Assembly: GCA_963737065.1 (NCBI GenBank)
Contig: CAVTRC010000001.1
Span: 1,824,001 to 1,888,000, forward strand
From: Candidatus Eremiobacteria bacterium
GTDB lineage: Bacteria; Vulcanimicrobiota; Vulcanimicrobiia; Vulcanimicrobiales; Vulcanimicrobiaceae
Direction: 5' to 3'
DNA: 64,000 bases
Shown piece by piece: positions 41,608 to 53,445 of the stretch. Below the pieces are notes generated by a model. It searched no databases. It was not told the origin of the DNA and worked only from the letters and a program-made list of their open reading frames with translations. The stretch's first letter is position 1. Every line of letters starts with the position of its first letter. The position numbers and the translations under genes were made by a program.

Positions 41608-43119
41608 GAGCGCGTCCGGTGGAGTCACTTCAGGAATCGCCGCGGCTAAATCGCGCGCAACGTCGCCTGCAATAACGCCGACTTTTCGCTTGCGCGCCGC
41701 ATACCGTCCCGCAAGTCCGTGCCAGTACGCGCCCGCACATGCGGCATCGATCACCGGCAGCCCTTGCGAGAGCAGCGTCGCGATCACGCCGGTCAGCACG
41801 TCTCCCGTTCCGGCCGTCGCAAGCGCGCTGGTTCCGGTCGGATTGATGTGCACGACCGATCCGTCATAGATCAGCGTATCGCTTCCTTTGAGCAGCGTCG
41901 TAACGCCAGTACGGTCGACGAATTCGCGTATGCGTTCGACGCGTTCGCCGGCACGGATCGTCCCCTTCCCAGACAGACGCGCAAATTCTCCCGCATGCGG
42001 CGTAACGACGCATCGTTTGTCGCGCAGCAAATCGAGATGTTTGCTGAAGTGAAAGAGCGCGCTCGCATCGAGAACGATCGGTAACGACACGCGTTCCACC
42101 AGGGATCGAATCATCGTTCCGGTCCAGTCGTCGAGACCGAGACCCGGACCGATTCCAATCGCGCTATTGCGCGACGCAATGCCGGCAAGGTCACTTGCCG
42201 CTTCATCCGCCGGCGAATCGGCGAACGTGACGACAACCTGCTCGACGAGGTGCGCGCGAAGAACGGGTGCTGCGTTGCGCGTCGTCGCGACGGTGACATA
42301 GCCCGCGCCGGCACGCGCTGCGCCGAGCGCGCACAACACTGCAGCACCGGGAAATTGCTCCGAACCGGCGACGAGAAGCGGTGCGCCGGCGCTGCGTTTG
42401 TCGGTATCCGGCCGGCGATGCGGAAGCAGCGCGAGAAACGCGTCGTTGTCGAGTGCGGCGAACGTTTTGGCGTTCGACGCGAGGATCTCGGGCGGGATGC
42501 CGATGTCACCGATCCATACTTCGCCGGCGCACTGCCGGCCGGGTTCGAGCAGCAGCCCGGGCTTGAGCGCGGCGAGCGTAACCGTCAGCGTTGCGCGAAC
42601 CGCATCGTCGCTGCGCGCGCCCGTGCCGGCGTCGACGCCGCTCGGCATGTCGATCGCAAGCACCGGGACACGTTCGCGATTCAGCGCCCGCGCGGCGGCG
42701 CGATACGCTTCGCCGATCGGAAGCCGCGCGCCGGTCCCGAAGAGTCCGTCGATTGCGAGCGCGGCCCCACTGAGCGCAGCGCGCGCACCGTCGTCGTCGG
42801 AGGGAAGAATGCGTTCGTCGACGCCCGCTCCTCGAGCGCGGCTTTGCGCGTCGGTCCTCGCAGCGGATCCGCCTCCCGACGTCGCAGCGTAGACAACGCG
42901 TTCGTACGATGCGGGCAATTCCGCAAGCGCCGCAAATGCGTCGCCGCCGTTGTTTCCCGGTCCGGCAAACGCGACGATGCACCCGCCTGCGGGAACGTGC
43001 TGTACGATCGCTTCGGCAATCCGCTTTCCGGCCGCGCGCATCAGCGCGACGTCGCTGCTCGCCGCGGCGGCTTGCGCATCGGCCGCGCGCATTTCGTCCG
43101 GCGTCAGCACGTACGTCAT
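41593..43119 (-). CDS. nnr: NAD(P)H-hydrate epimerase/dehydratase (YjeF)
   Basis: GPGNNGGD, DGLFGTG, DMPSG, GPGLG, TPHAGEFARL, LATAGTGDVL. Confidence 0.95.
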   Translation of the reverse strand: MTYVLTPDEMRAADAQAAAASSDVALMRAAGKRIAEAIVQHVPAGGCIVAFAGPGNNGGDAFAALAELPASYERVVYAATSGGGSAARTDAQSRARGAGVDERILPSDDDGARAALSGAALAIDGLFGTGARLPIGEAYRAAARALNRERVPVLAIDMPSGVDAGTGARSDDAVRATLTVTLAALKPGLLLEPGRQCAGEVWIGDIGIPPEILASNAKTFAALDNDAFLALLPHRRPDTDKRSAGAPLLVAGSEQFPGAAVLCALGAARAGAGYVTVATTRNAAPVLRAHLVEQVVVTFADSPADEAASDLAGIASRNSAIGIGPGLGLDDWTGTMIRSLVERVSLPIVLDASALFHFSKHLDLLRDKRCVVTPHAGEFARLSGKGTIRAGERVERIREFVDRTGVTTLLKGSDTLIYDGSVVHINPTGTSALATAGTGDVLTGVIATLLSQGLPVIDAACAGAYWHGLAGRYAARKRKVGVIAGDVARDLAAAIPEVTPPDALSRYM

Positions 43120-43478
43120 GATTCGAGCACGACGACGGCGGCAGCCGTTGTTGCGGAATGGGTGATCGTCAGATGAATCGCGCGCACCGAACGGGCGGGC
43201 ACGAGCCGCTCGGCTTCGCCGTAGAGACGAATGATCGGTTTGCCGCTGCGTTCGTGCGATACGCCGACGAGTCGCCACGGAATCGCATGACCGAATGCTT
43301 TGCGCGTCGCTTCCTTCGCCGCAAAAAATCCCGCCAGACGTTCGGGCCAGTGACGCTTGCGCATCGCATAACGCATTTCTTCTTCCGTATAAATCTTGCG
43401 CGCGAACCACGCCAGGGGCCGTTCGTCGAATCGATATCGTTCGACCTCGGCGAGATCAATGCCGATCCCTACGATCAT
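43116..43478 (-). CDS. acpS: Holo-[acyl-carrier-protein] synthase
   Basis: IVGIGIDL, FAAKEA..KA, GKP, LTITH; acpS-nnr synteny. Confidence 0.95.
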   Translation of the reverse strand: MIVGIGIDLAEVERYRFDERPLAWFARKIYTEEEMRYAMRKRHWPERLAGFFAAKEATRKAFGHAIPWRLVGVSHERSGKPIIRLYGEAERLVPARSVRAIHLTITHSATTAAAVVVLES

Positions 43479-43541
43479 CCCTCGCCGTTCGCAGCGTTCG
43501 AGGAGTTTTCCGGCTGCACGCGTCGAAGGTGAGCGCCCGAG

Positions 43542-44084
43542 ATGGAATCCCGCATTCGCATCGTACCGATCAACACCGTCGATACCGCTTTTCTCGATCG
43601 TCTCGGACCGTGTCTCGAAGAACGCTTCCTTTCTACTGTCGACATCGAACGAGCGCTTGCGGTTCCGCGAACGGCCCTCAACTCCACACGTCAGCAACTG
43701 TTCCTTTCGACGCTCTTCGCGCGCGTGCGACGCGCGCATCCCGAAGGCGGAGCGGTCTTACTGACCCTCACCGATTTCGATCTGTACAAGACGTCGCATC
43801 GGTTCATCTACGGCGACGCTGATGAAACGCAAGCGATCGCGGCCGTGTCGTTGCACCGCCTGCGCTGCGAGTACTACGGCGAAGAGCCGGACGCAAACAT
43901 GCTTTTCCAACGGACGCTCAAAGAATGCGTTCACGAATTGGGTCACGCGTTCGGCTTGAAGCACTGCTACAACGCGCGCTGCGCGATGTACTACTCGAAT
44001 TCGATCTTCGAAACGGACAACAAGATGTCGCACTTCTGTGAGACCTGCGATCGCCGCATTGCCCGGGCGCGCAACGAACGCTGA
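43542..44084 (+). CDS. Archaemetzincin (M54) zinc metalloprotease
   Basis: HELGHAFGLKHC..CAM..S..D.K..FC..C. Confidence 0.9.
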   Translation: MESRIRIVPINTVDTAFLDRLGPCLEERFLSTVDIERALAVPRTALNSTRQQLFLSTLFARVRRAHPEGGAVLLTLTDFDLYKTSHRFIYGDADETQAIAAVSLHRLRCEYYGEEPDANMLFQRTLKECVHELGHAFGLKHCYNARCAMYYSNSIFETDNKMSHFCETCDRRIARARNER

Positions 44085-44220
44085 CCGCGCCGGGCTCAGC
44101 GTAAAGGAGCAGGCGACCTAAAGCTAGACGCGATTTTAGCCGTAGACGGAAGAGGACGGCGGCGCGCACGCCCGGGTTTGAGCGCGCTGCAGTACGGTGC
44201 GTCATCCTGAAGGGAGCCTC

Positions 44221-45846
44221 GTGATCTCCGCCTACCTCGCCGGTCTCCGGGCGCGGCTTAGCTTGCCGGCCCGCCTCGCAGTCTCGGCGGTTGCAATTGC
44301 GCTCTGTACGGCGCTAGCGTGGTCCGCACCGGCTGCTCGGATTGAAGCGGTGTTGCTGGTCGTTATCGCGCTTGCCGCCGCCGTCGCCGGAGCGCAGTTC
44401 GGCGCGAGCACGGCGCTCATCGCCGGCATTGCGGAGTACGCGGCGCAAGCACAGCACGGCCACGGCGGGTACACGTCGCTCGCAATCGTCGTTATCGGGG
44501 GCGCGCTGCTGAGCGCGCTTTTCTACGGCGACGTGCCCGCGTCGCGCGCGGCATTATCGAAAGGCGAGCACAACGGCATCGCGTCGAGCAGTATCGCGGC
44601 GCTTGCCTCGGGCATCCGTGAAGTTTCACAAGGCGATTTCACCAAGAACATCGCGGTCAGCGATGCTGCGCTCCAAGAACTCGCGATCGCGCTCAACAAA
44701 CTGATTTTCGGCATGCGCGCATTTCTCGGAAAACTCCACGGCAATGCGAGCCATCTCGGTGGCGCCGGCAACGACCTGCGTACGACCGCGTCGACCGCGC
44801 TCGCCGTCATCGAAGGCGCGGCGGTCGCGCAGGGGCAACTCGACGAAGGCATCCAAGAACAGGCGCGCATCGTCGATGAAGCGACCTCGAAAGTCGTCGC
44901 GCTGACCGAGGCGATCTCGACGATTGCGGCAAGTGCGCAAGAACAGACGCGCAGCCTCGATCAAACCGCGCTCTCCGTCTCGAACATGGCGAGTTCAATC
45001 GAAGAAGTCGCCGCGCAAGTGGATTCCCTCTCGAACATCTCGACGGAGACGTCGCGCACGGCCGAACGCGGCGGGAGCGCGATCGGCACGATCGTCGACG
45101 GCATGCATACCATCCGCAACACGATCAACGATCTCGCCGAAGACATTCGTCAACTCGGCAACAACTCTGAGCAGATCGGCGACATCGTCAAAGTAATCGA
45201 CCGGATCGCAGAGCAGACGAATCTGCTCGCGCTCAACGCGGCAATCGAAGCGGCGCGCGCCGGCGAGCACGGGCGCGGCTTCGCCGTGGTTGCGAGCGAG
45301 ATCCGCAAACTCGCCGACGGCAGCGTTCAGGCGACGAAAGAAATTGCGGGACATATTACGTCGACGCAAGGCGTCATCGCCGAAGTCGTCGGCGCGATGG
45401 AACGCCTCACCGGTCGCGTTGAGGACAGTACGAGCAGCACCAATTCGGCGTCGGGCGCGCTACAAGAGATTGTTTCGGCCGTACAAACGACGAGCAGCCA
45501 AATCGGCGAGATCAGCGCGGTCACGCGTGCGATGAGCATGAATTCCTATCAAGTGATCCGTCAGATCGAAGAGATCACGAAATCGGTCGCGCTCAATTTA
45601 AAAGCGACGCAATCGATGACGCGCCAATCAGACGAAGTCAGCAAAGCGTTCTCCGACATTTCGTCTATTTCGCAGCAGAACGCATCGTCGGTCGAAGTTT
45701 TGACCTACGTCAACAAGGAAGTCACCGATGCCGCACAGCGCATGATGAGCTCAGTAGATCAAATGAATGCGCTCTCGGGCGAAATCGATGGCCGTCTCAA
45801 TAAATTCAAAGTGAGCGATACCGGCACGGAGGGGGTCAGCGCGTAA
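44221..45846 (+). CDS. Methyl-accepting chemotaxis protein (multi-TM N-terminus, HAMP, signalling domain)
   Basis: [55 protein letters not shown]. Confidence 0.93.
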   Translation: MISAYLAGLRARLSLPARLAVSAVAIALCTALAWSAPAARIEAVLLVVIALAAAVAGAQFGASTALIAGIAEYAAQAQHGHGGYTSLAIVVIGGALLSALFYGDVPASRAALSKGEHNGIASSSIAALASGIREVSQGDFTKNIAVSDAALQELAIALNKLIFGMRAFLGKLHGNASHLGGAGNDLRTTASTALAVIEGAAVAQGQLDEGIQEQARIVDEATSKVVALTEAISTIAASAQEQTRSLDQTALSVSNMASSIEEVAAQVDSLSNISTETSRTAERGGSAIGTIVDGMHTIRNTINDLAEDIRQLGNNSEQIGDIVKVIDRIAEQTNLLALNAAIEAARAGEHGRGFAVVASEIRKLADGSVQATKEIAGHITSTQGVIAEVVGAMERLTGRVEDSTSSTNSASGALQEIVSAVQTTSSQIGEISAVTRAMSMNSYQVIRQIEEITKSVALNLKATQSMTRQSDEVSKAFSDISSISQQNASSVEVLTYVNKEVTDAAQRMMSSVDQMNALSGEIDGRLNKFKVSDTGTEGVSA

Positions 45847-45847
45847 T

Positions 45848-47143
45848 ATGAGCTTGCGAGTACGCCTTTTAGGGACGATCATCGGTGCAATTCTCTTATG
45901 TTTTGTCGTTACGGTGATTGCGTCGCGCATCGAATTGAACAAGCAGCTGCGCCATCTCGGCGAAACGCAGGTCGCCAACGGCGGCGGTGCGTTCGGCGGA
46001 TACTGGGATTCACGCAAAGATCAGATCAAGTTGCTCGTTGCACAGGACGCGGTCAGCGACACGTTGCGTAAAGCGCTCCAGTCGCACAATGCCGGCGCGC
46101 TGCAAGATCAGCTTGCGAATGCGGCTCGTACGTCGGGCCTTTCGTTCTTGACGATCGTCGATACGGACGGCAACGTGATCGCTCGCGCAAACGGTCCGCA
46201 GCCCGGCGCGCTGAAGTCCAATCCGCTCATCGCGCGGGCGCTCACGGGCGAGACGGTCACCACCGCGACACTCCTCGATAAATCCGTGCTCGATGGCGAG
46301 GGCCTCGCGCCGCAGGCATCGACGACCGGCCAAGGTTTGGCGCTCGTCGCCGCTGCTCCGATCAGCGACCAAAACGAACGCACGATCGGCGCGATTTACG
46401 GCGGCATTTTGCTCAATCACTATTACGATCTCGTCGATGAAGCGACGCACGCGCTGGGCGGCGCCTCCGCATTGACGCAAAACGGCACGATCGTTGCGAG
46501 CACGATTCAACAGGCGGACGGCACGCGCACGGTCGACGTGCAGTCGCCGCCGGCGAGCGACGTGGTGAAGACGGGAACGCCATTCACGGGCGTCGACACG
46601 CAGGGTGGCACGGCATACCTCGTCCACATCGATCCCATTACCGACGATCAAAACCGCGTGGTTGGCGCGCGCTGGTACGGAACGCCGCTCTCGTCGATCG
46701 ATGCGATCATCAACAACACGACGACGACGCTGCTCGTCTGGGGCGCGATCGCTGCACTCCTCGCGCTGGCGCTCGCTATTCCGATCGTTCAGCGACTTTC
46801 GGAAACGCTCTCGAGCCGCAGCAATCAAGTTCGCAGCGCTGCGAACGAACTCGGTGTCGCGATCGTGGGCAGCGAAGTCTCCGGCGATCACGTTTCGATG
46901 ACGAAGGCCGCGGTGGAACGCATCGGCTCGCTCCTCGATGAGTTGGAAAACGAAAGCGGCCGGGGTGGGGAGAAGATCACCGAATTGAAGGCGGTCAACG
47001 CGGAACTGCACGGCGATATGATCGTCATCGATACGCTCTCGCAAGAAATGAGCAGCCGCATGCAACAAGCGGTCACGCGCGTTCACGAACTCAGCGACGT
47101 GGCCAAAGGCTTGGCCGAGCTCGTAACGGGAGAAGCGGGTTAA
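45848..47143 (+). CDS. Cache-domain membrane sensor with short cytoplasmic coiled coil
   Basis: TM1, LTIVDTDGNVIAR, PI.D..RTIGAIYGG, PITDDQNRVVGARWYG, TM2, ~115-aa tail. Confidence 0.8.
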   Translation: MSLRVRLLGTIIGAILLCFVVTVIASRIELNKQLRHLGETQVANGGGAFGGYWDSRKDQIKLLVAQDAVSDTLRKALQSHNAGALQDQLANAARTSGLSFLTIVDTDGNVIARANGPQPGALKSNPLIARALTGETVTTATLLDKSVLDGEGLAPQASTTGQGLALVAAAPISDQNERTIGAIYGGILLNHYYDLVDEATHALGGASALTQNGTIVASTIQQADGTRTVDVQSPPASDVVKTGTPFTGVDTQGGTAYLVHIDPITDDQNRVVGARWYGTPLSSIDAIINNTTTTLLVWGAIAALLALALAIPIVQRLSETLSSRSNQVRSAANELGVAIVGSEVSGDHVSMTKAAVERIGSLLDELENESGRGGEKITELKAVNAELHGDMIVIDTLSQEMSSRMQQAVTRVHELSDVAKGLAELVTGEAG

Positions 47144-47152
47144 GCCGGCGCC

Positions 47153-47368
47153 ATGGCCGACGTCATCTTATTCTTCGGGAGTAATGCCGACACGATGATC
47201 GCCACAAAGGCGCTCAAGGATGCCGGCATTCCGGCCAAGATGATCCCTAAACCGTCGACGGTCAACGCTGCGTCGAACCTGTGTTTGACGATCGACGGCG
47301 GTGCTGAGTCGCACGCGAAGAGCGCGCTGACCGGAGCGGGCGTTTCGCTCGGCGGCGTCGTGAAATAG
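47153..47368 (+). CDS. DUF3343 family small protein
   Basis: F.S..TM..KALKDAGI..MIPKP..V.A..LCL pattern. Confidence 0.7.
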   Translation: MADVILFFGSNADTMIATKALKDAGIPAKMIPKPSTVNAASNLCLTIDGGAESHAKSALTGAGVSLGGVVK

Positions 47369-47403
47369 CAGGGCGTTGCCTCGGAAAAGGCAATGCTGTC
47401 TTC

Positions 47404-48927
47404 ATGTATCGACGCACGATGTTTGCCGCTGCGCTGATCGCGTTTGCGATCGCGGCGCCTTCCGTCGCGGCCACGAAGCCGCCCGCAGCACGACCCAAGC
47501 CGACGGCACCGAGCTCCGAGGACCGTGCGGTTGTGACCCGCCATCACATTGCCGTGAACGGAACGACGATCGCGTATACGGCAACCGCTGGAACATTGCT
47601 CGTCAAAGACGAGAAGGGTCAGCCGCAAGCGAGCATTTTTTACGTCGCGTACACCAAAGACGGCGTGAGTCCGAACGATCGTCCGGTGACGTTCTTGTAT
47701 AACGGCGGTCCGGGATGCGCGTCGTCGCCGTTGCACATGCTTGCCCTCGGACCTCGCCGCATCGTCGTGCAGAACGCGAAGCCGAACGACGGCGCGCCGT
47801 CGAAAATCGTCGACAACAACGACACGCTGCTGGATAAATCCGATCTTGTCTTCATCGATGCGCCGGGAACGGGATACAGCCGCGTCTTTCCGAAGGTCGA
47901 CCCGAAATCGATCTACGGCATCGATCAAGATGCTGCGGCATTCGCACAATTCATTCGCCGTTACGTCACGCTGAACGACCGGTGGAACTCGCCGAAGTTC
48001 TTGCTCGGCGAAAGCTACGGAACGCCGCGCAGCGCGGTGCTGGTCGATTACCTTCAAGGCCACGAAACAATGGCGATGAACGGCGTGGTGCTGCTGAGCT
48101 CCGTGCTCGACTTCGATACGATCGCGCCCGGGCCGGGCAACGACCTCGCGTACATCGCATACATTCCGACCGAAGCTGCGACGCATTGGTATCACGATAC
48201 ATCGGCAAACAAAGGCACGCTGCAGTCAACCGTCGATGCCGCGCGAGCATTTGCGAACGGTCCGTATGCAGCGGCGCTCCTGCAGGGCGACCGGCTTCCG
48301 CACGAACAGTTCGTGAAAGTTGCCGGCGAACTCGCTCACCTCACGGGACTCAGCCAACAATACGTCGAGCGCTCGGATTTGCGCGTGCAACCCCAACGAT
48401 TCGAGAAAGTGCTGCTCAGTGACGACGGCGAGCAGACGGGACGTCTTGATGCGCGCTACACGGGTTACGATCTCGATCAGACAGGCGACTCGGCGGAATA
48501 CGACCCGTCGGACAGCTACACGAGCCCGGCGCTGCAATCCGGATTCCTCTCATACGTTCGCAACGAGTTGAATTGGCACAGCGACGAAGCCTATCCGCAG
48601 TGCAACGACAAGATTTTTCCCGCGTGGGATTTCACGCGTAAATCGGTCTTCGGATGGCTCGCTCCCACGACGAGCGGCGATCTGCAAGACGCGATGACGG
48701 AAAACCCGCACTTGCGCGTCTTCGTCGGCGCGGGTTACTTCGACATGGCGACTCCCTTCGGTGCCGCGGAATGGACGTTCTCGCATCTCGGACTGCAGCC
48801 GGCGTTACGCTCGCACGTCACGTTCGGCTACTACGATTCGGGACATATGGTCTACCTGAATCCCGACGCGCGTTCAAAGTTTCACGCGGATCTCGACCGC
48901 TTCTACGACGCCACGCTCAGCCGGTAG
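47404..48927 (+). CDS. Secreted serine carboxypeptidase, S10
   Basis: Signal peptide, NGGPGCAS, FIDAPGTGYS, GESYG, SGHMVY. Confidence 0.93.
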   Translation: MYRRTMFAAALIAFAIAAPSVAATKPPAARPKPTAPSSEDRAVVTRHHIAVNGTTIAYTATAGTLLVKDEKGQPQASIFYVAYTKDGVSPNDRPVTFLYNGGPGCASSPLHMLALGPRRIVVQNAKPNDGAPSKIVDNNDTLLDKSDLVFIDAPGTGYSRVFPKVDPKSIYGIDQDAAAFAQFIRRYVTLNDRWNSPKFLLGESYGTPRSAVLVDYLQGHETMAMNGVVLLSSVLDFDTIAPGPGNDLAYIAYIPTEAATHWYHDTSANKGTLQSTVDAARAFANGPYAAALLQGDRLPHEQFVKVAGELAHLTGLSQQYVERSDLRVQPQRFEKVLLSDDGEQTGRLDARYTGYDLDQTGDSAEYDPSDSYTSPALQSGFLSYVRNELNWHSDEAYPQCNDKIFPAWDFTRKSVFGWLAPTTSGDLQDAMTENPHLRVFVGAGYFDMATPFGAAEWTFSHLGLQPALRSHVTFGYYDSGHMVYLNPDARSKFHADLDRFYDATLSR

Positions 48928-48940
48928 TGAGCCGCCGGCG

Positions 48941-49723
48941 CTATCGCAGCGCACGCGCGTCGGCAAGTGATATCGCCTCTCTCGTTCCGTCGCGATGTTG
49001 CACGAATAATCCGCCGCCCGTAGCGAGCGCGAGCGCGGTAACGTCAATCGGTTCGGTTGCGCCGTCTTTAAGGATACGGTACGGCTTGCCGGGCAACCCG
49101 GCTTGCCGTTCCCAGACGCGCGCGATACGCGGCGGCATGTCGAGCGTCTCTTCCCACACTTCGTAGTTTAGCAGAACGTCGCGCAGCAACGGCGCACGAT
49201 CGACGTTCGGCGCAACGTCATCGGCGAATGCGGGCGGCGGAGTGATTTGCGTTTCGGCGCCGGGCGTGCGATGGACGTTGATGCCGACACCGGCCGCAAC
49301 CCACGCGCGATCGCCGACGACGCGCGAGATGCAAAGGATTCCGGCGATCTTTTTTCCGTCGAGAAGCAGATCGTTCGGCCACTGCAAATCCGCTTTCACG
49401 CCGTTGAGGACGAGCGCGCGGCGAACGCAGATGGCGACGCCAAAGGGAACGGCCCAAAGATGCGACGCAGGCATCGAACGCGGAAGAATCGTCGTCATGA
49501 GCAGTGATGAGCCCGACGGTGCAATCCACGATCGGCCCTTGCGACCGGCTCCTTGCGTCTGCACGCCGGCGACGAACGTGGTGCCGTACGCCGATTCATC
49601 ACCGAGCAACGGCGCAGCATTCGCATTCGTGCTTTCGGTCGATTCCGTATAGCGGATGTCGGAAAAACGCGTTCCGCGCAGTTCGTCGCTCACGCGTGCA
49701 TACGGTTGCCGGACCCCTGGCAT
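48941..49723 (-). CDS. birA: Biotin--[acetyl-CoA-carboxylase] ligase (no HTH)
   Basis: STN, QTQGAGRKGRSW, WPNDL..KKIAGIL, GVGINV. Confidence 0.92.
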   Translation of the reverse strand: MPGVRQPYARVSDELRGTRFSDIRYTESTESTNANAAPLLGDESAYGTTFVAGVQTQGAGRKGRSWIAPSGSSLLMTTILPRSMPASHLWAVPFGVAICVRRALVLNGVKADLQWPNDLLLDGKKIAGILCISRVVGDRAWVAAGVGINVHRTPGAETQITPPPAFADDVAPNVDRAPLLRDVLLNYEVWEETLDMPPRIARVWERQAGLPGKPYRILKDGATEPIDVTALALATGGGLFVQHRDGTREAISLADARALR

Positions 49724-49761
49724 AGGGGGACGTTGCGCGTGCGACGTAATCGGGGCCTGCT

Positions 49762-50217
49762 ATGGCATTAGAATCGACGCTCATTCTGTGTAAGCCGGAC
49801 GCGGTCTCGCGTTCCCTCGTCGGCGAAATCATCTCGCGCATCGAGCGGCGCGGATACGTCATCACCGCGATGAAGATGATGCAGTTGCCGGGCGACAAAG
49901 CGCGCGAACACTATGCGGAACACAAAGACAAGCCGTTCTTCGGCGATCTCGTGAGCTTCATCACGAGCGGACCGCTCGTCGCGATGGCGGTCGAAGGCGA
50001 AAATGCGGTGGAAGGGATGCGCCAGATGATCGGTGCGACCAATCCGCTCAGCGCTGCACCGGGCTCGCTTCGCGGCGACTTCGGGCAAACGATCGGTTTC
50101 AATCTCGTGCACGGTAGCGACAGTAAGGCGAGCGCTGAACGCGAGCTCAAGATTTTCTTCGAAGTCGGCGATTTCGTTTCGCGCAAGCACGATCTTGCGA
50201 AGTGGCTGGCGGATTAA
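49762..50217 (+). CDS. ndk: Nucleoside diphosphate kinase
   Basis: KPDAV, GATNP..PGSLRGD, NLVHGSDS. Confidence 0.97.
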   Translation: MALESTLILCKPDAVSRSLVGEIISRIERRGYVITAMKMMQLPGDKAREHYAEHKDKPFFGDLVSFITSGPLVAMAVEGENAVEGMRQMIGATNPLSAAPGSLRGDFGQTIGFNLVHGSDSKASAERELKIFFEVGDFVSRKHDLAKWLAD

Positions 50218-51534
<1,317 letters not shown>

Positions 51535-51586
51535 ACGGGCCGCGCAAGCGGGTTCGGCGGCGTGTGCGCGCTCGCGCGCTCGGGCG

Positions 51587-52180
51587 ATGAAATGTGCGAT
51601 CGTACTGACCGCTTTTTCGATCGCATTTGGTATCGAAGAAGCAATCATCGTCGTGTATCTTCGTCATTTGCCGGGCGCGTATATGTCGCATGCGTTTGTA
51701 CTGGAAGGGTTTCGCGAGCTCGCCACGTTGTTCGTCATCGGTTCGATTGCATGGGTGGCCGCAGAAACCGTAGCGTTGCGTGCGCGCGCATTCTGCTTTG
51801 CGTTCGGCGCCTGGGACATCGTGTATTACATCGCACTGTGGAGACTGACCGGATTCCCGCGTATCACCGATGACGATGTTTTGTTTCTCATTCCGCGGCC
51901 GTGGATCGCGCCGGTATGGGCACCGGTGTCGTTTGCCGCCGTCCTGGTGCTCGTCGGTGTATTCGGCGTGTCACAGCGACGCGGTCTGCTGCTCGCTGTA
52001 GGGTTCGCAGGCGCGCTCGTGTCGTTTGTCTACCGAACGGCGTTTCATGTGCACGCGTATCCCGTGTGGCTTTTTGCGGTCTCGCTCGCACTTTCGATTG
52101 CGGCGCTTCCGTTTGAGACCGTGAACCTGCCGAGGATAGCGGCCGGGCGTCCAGAAAGCGTCCGCCGCCGGGGCCTGTAG
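51587..52180 (+). CDS. Hypothetical integral membrane protein
   Basis: EEAIIVVYLR, RELAT, FGAWDIVYY, DVLFLIP.PW.APVWAP; multiple TM segments. Confidence 0.75.
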   Translation: MKCAIVLTAFSIAFGIEEAIIVVYLRHLPGAYMSHAFVLEGFRELATLFVIGSIAWVAAETVALRARAFCFAFGAWDIVYYIALWRLTGFPRITDDDVLFLIPRPWIAPVWAPVSFAAVLVLVGVFGVSQRRGLLLAVGFAGALVSFVYRTAFHVHAYPVWLFAVSLALSIAALPFETVNLPRIAAGRPESVRRRGL

Positions 52181-52242
52181 CTCAGCGGTAGAGCGGCCGG
52201 CTCATAACTGGTTGCGCGTAGGTTCGAATCCTACCAGGCCCA
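52171..52242 (+). tRNA. tRNA with CAT anticodon, probably Ile2 (lysidine) rather than Met; CCA not encoded
   Basis: GGGCCTG/CAGGCCC acceptor, TAGCTCAG D-arm, CTCATAA loop, GGTTCGAATCC. Confidence 0.9.
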
Positions 52243-52249
52243 AATGAGA

Positions 52250-52279
52250 TTGACACCCTGGCCGCAAACCGGCTAATCT
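52250..52279 (+). promoter_or_regulatory. Sigma70-like promoter for tRNA-Glu
   Basis: TTGACA 52250-52255, 18 bp, TAATCT 52274-52279. Confidence 0.55.
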
Positions 52280-52300
52280 TCGGTGTTACCCCTGTCGCGC

Positions 52301-52375
52301 GGCGCCATCGTCTATCGGTTAGGACATCGCCCTTTCAAGGCGGAAAGACGGGTTCGATTCCCGTTGGCGCTACCA
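52301..52375 (+). tRNA. tRNA-Glu(TTC)
   Basis: GGCGCCA/TGGCGCT acceptor, CTTTCAA loop, GGTTCGATTCC, CCA end. Confidence 0.95.
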
Positions 52376-52399
52376 ACTCCGGCCCGCTTTGCGCGCGTT

Positions 52400-52727
52400 T
52401 TCGCTCGTGCAGTCTACGTGCGGCGATCGCTGATGGGTGCTATCGTCGTCAGCATCGGCTTCAGACCGCATCGTTTCTGCGAAGGCTTTGCCAGGTTTTT
52501 CAGTTTACGAACTTCAGCGCTTCGTTGTCGCGCGTGAGGTTCGCAACGATAGGTTTACGCCGTGCGTCTCGTCCTCGACTGCGCGCATCCGCGCCACGTC
52601 GTTGGTACGCCTGCCGTCGTACTTCGCCATCCAGGTGCGTAACGGGTTGCGGCTGACGCCGTGCCGGCCGGCTATCTCCTTGCAGTTACCGCCGGCTTTG
52701 TACGTTTAAATGATCGCGATGATCTCA
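52400..52727 (-). mobile_element. IS3-family OrfA remnant
   Basis: EIIAII*..EIAGRHGVSRNPLRTWMAKYDG..VARMRAVEDE, then DNEALKFV and an A-run; internal stops. Confidence 0.7.
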
Positions 52728-52878
52728 ACGAGGATCGGCTAATCGAATTGTTCCTAGAAATCGCGGAGCTTCTTGATGCTGCGCGCTGCGAGTATCACGT
52801 CGTTATGCGCGCCGGAACGGATGACCTAGTGTTCGAGTGACATATGCCTATTACGACCCCGCTACACGCGTTGATAAG

Positions 52879-53445
52879 TTACGCGATCAAATTGCGCGTT
52901 CGATCGAGCGCTAATACTAGGCGAACTGCGTCTTCGCTGACCCGGTCGGTGGAAACGACGCGGAGCGGCGGCCGAGCACCGGCGAAATACGGCTTTCCGC
53001 GGCCAAGCACCAGCGGCCGGTAGTAGAGGTGATACTCGTCGATTAACGCGCGGTCGGTGAGGCTTCCCGCGAGCTCAGGACCGGCCACGGAGATTTGGCC
53101 GTCGACCTTCTCCTTCATGTTGCGCACGAATGCTTCGATGTCGCGATTGACAAGCGTGGCGTTGGCGCCGACTGACTTCAGAGTGCTTGAGACGACCCAT
53201 TTGGGATGCGCACGCCACGCGACTGCGAAGTCGTGTTCGAGGGCATTCCATTCCGACCGATCCTCATCCCAATAGCGCATCACTTCATACATGCGGCGCC
53301 CATAGAAACAGCCAGCTAACCTGCGCTCAAGATTGGTAAATTGACGGAAAAGTTCCGCACTGGGTGGGAACCACTCCAGCTCACCTTGCTCGCTAGCCAC
53401 ATATCCGTCGAGCGACAGATTCATCGCAAAAATCAGTTGTCCCAT
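52879..53445 (-). CDS. Dihydrofolate reductase/RibD C-terminal family protein
   Basis: MNLSLDGYV, YGRRMYE, PKWVVSSTL, AGPELAG, LIDEY..PLVLGRGKP. Confidence 0.9.
   Translation of the reverse strand: MGQLIFAMNLSLDGYVASEQGELEWFPPSAELFRQFTNLERRLAGCFYGRRMYEVMRYWDEDRSEWNALEHDFAVAWRAHPKWVVSSTLKSVGANATLVNRDIEAFVRNMKEKVDGQISVAGPELAGSLTDRALIDEYHLYYRPLVLGRGKPYFAGARPPLRVVSTDRVSEDAVRLVLALDRTRNLIA

Noticed and set aside
53063..53081. CTTCCCGCGAGCTCAGGAC resembling the REP-like element
   Set aside because: Antisense of the conserved GPELAG motif of the RibD-C gene; likely chance
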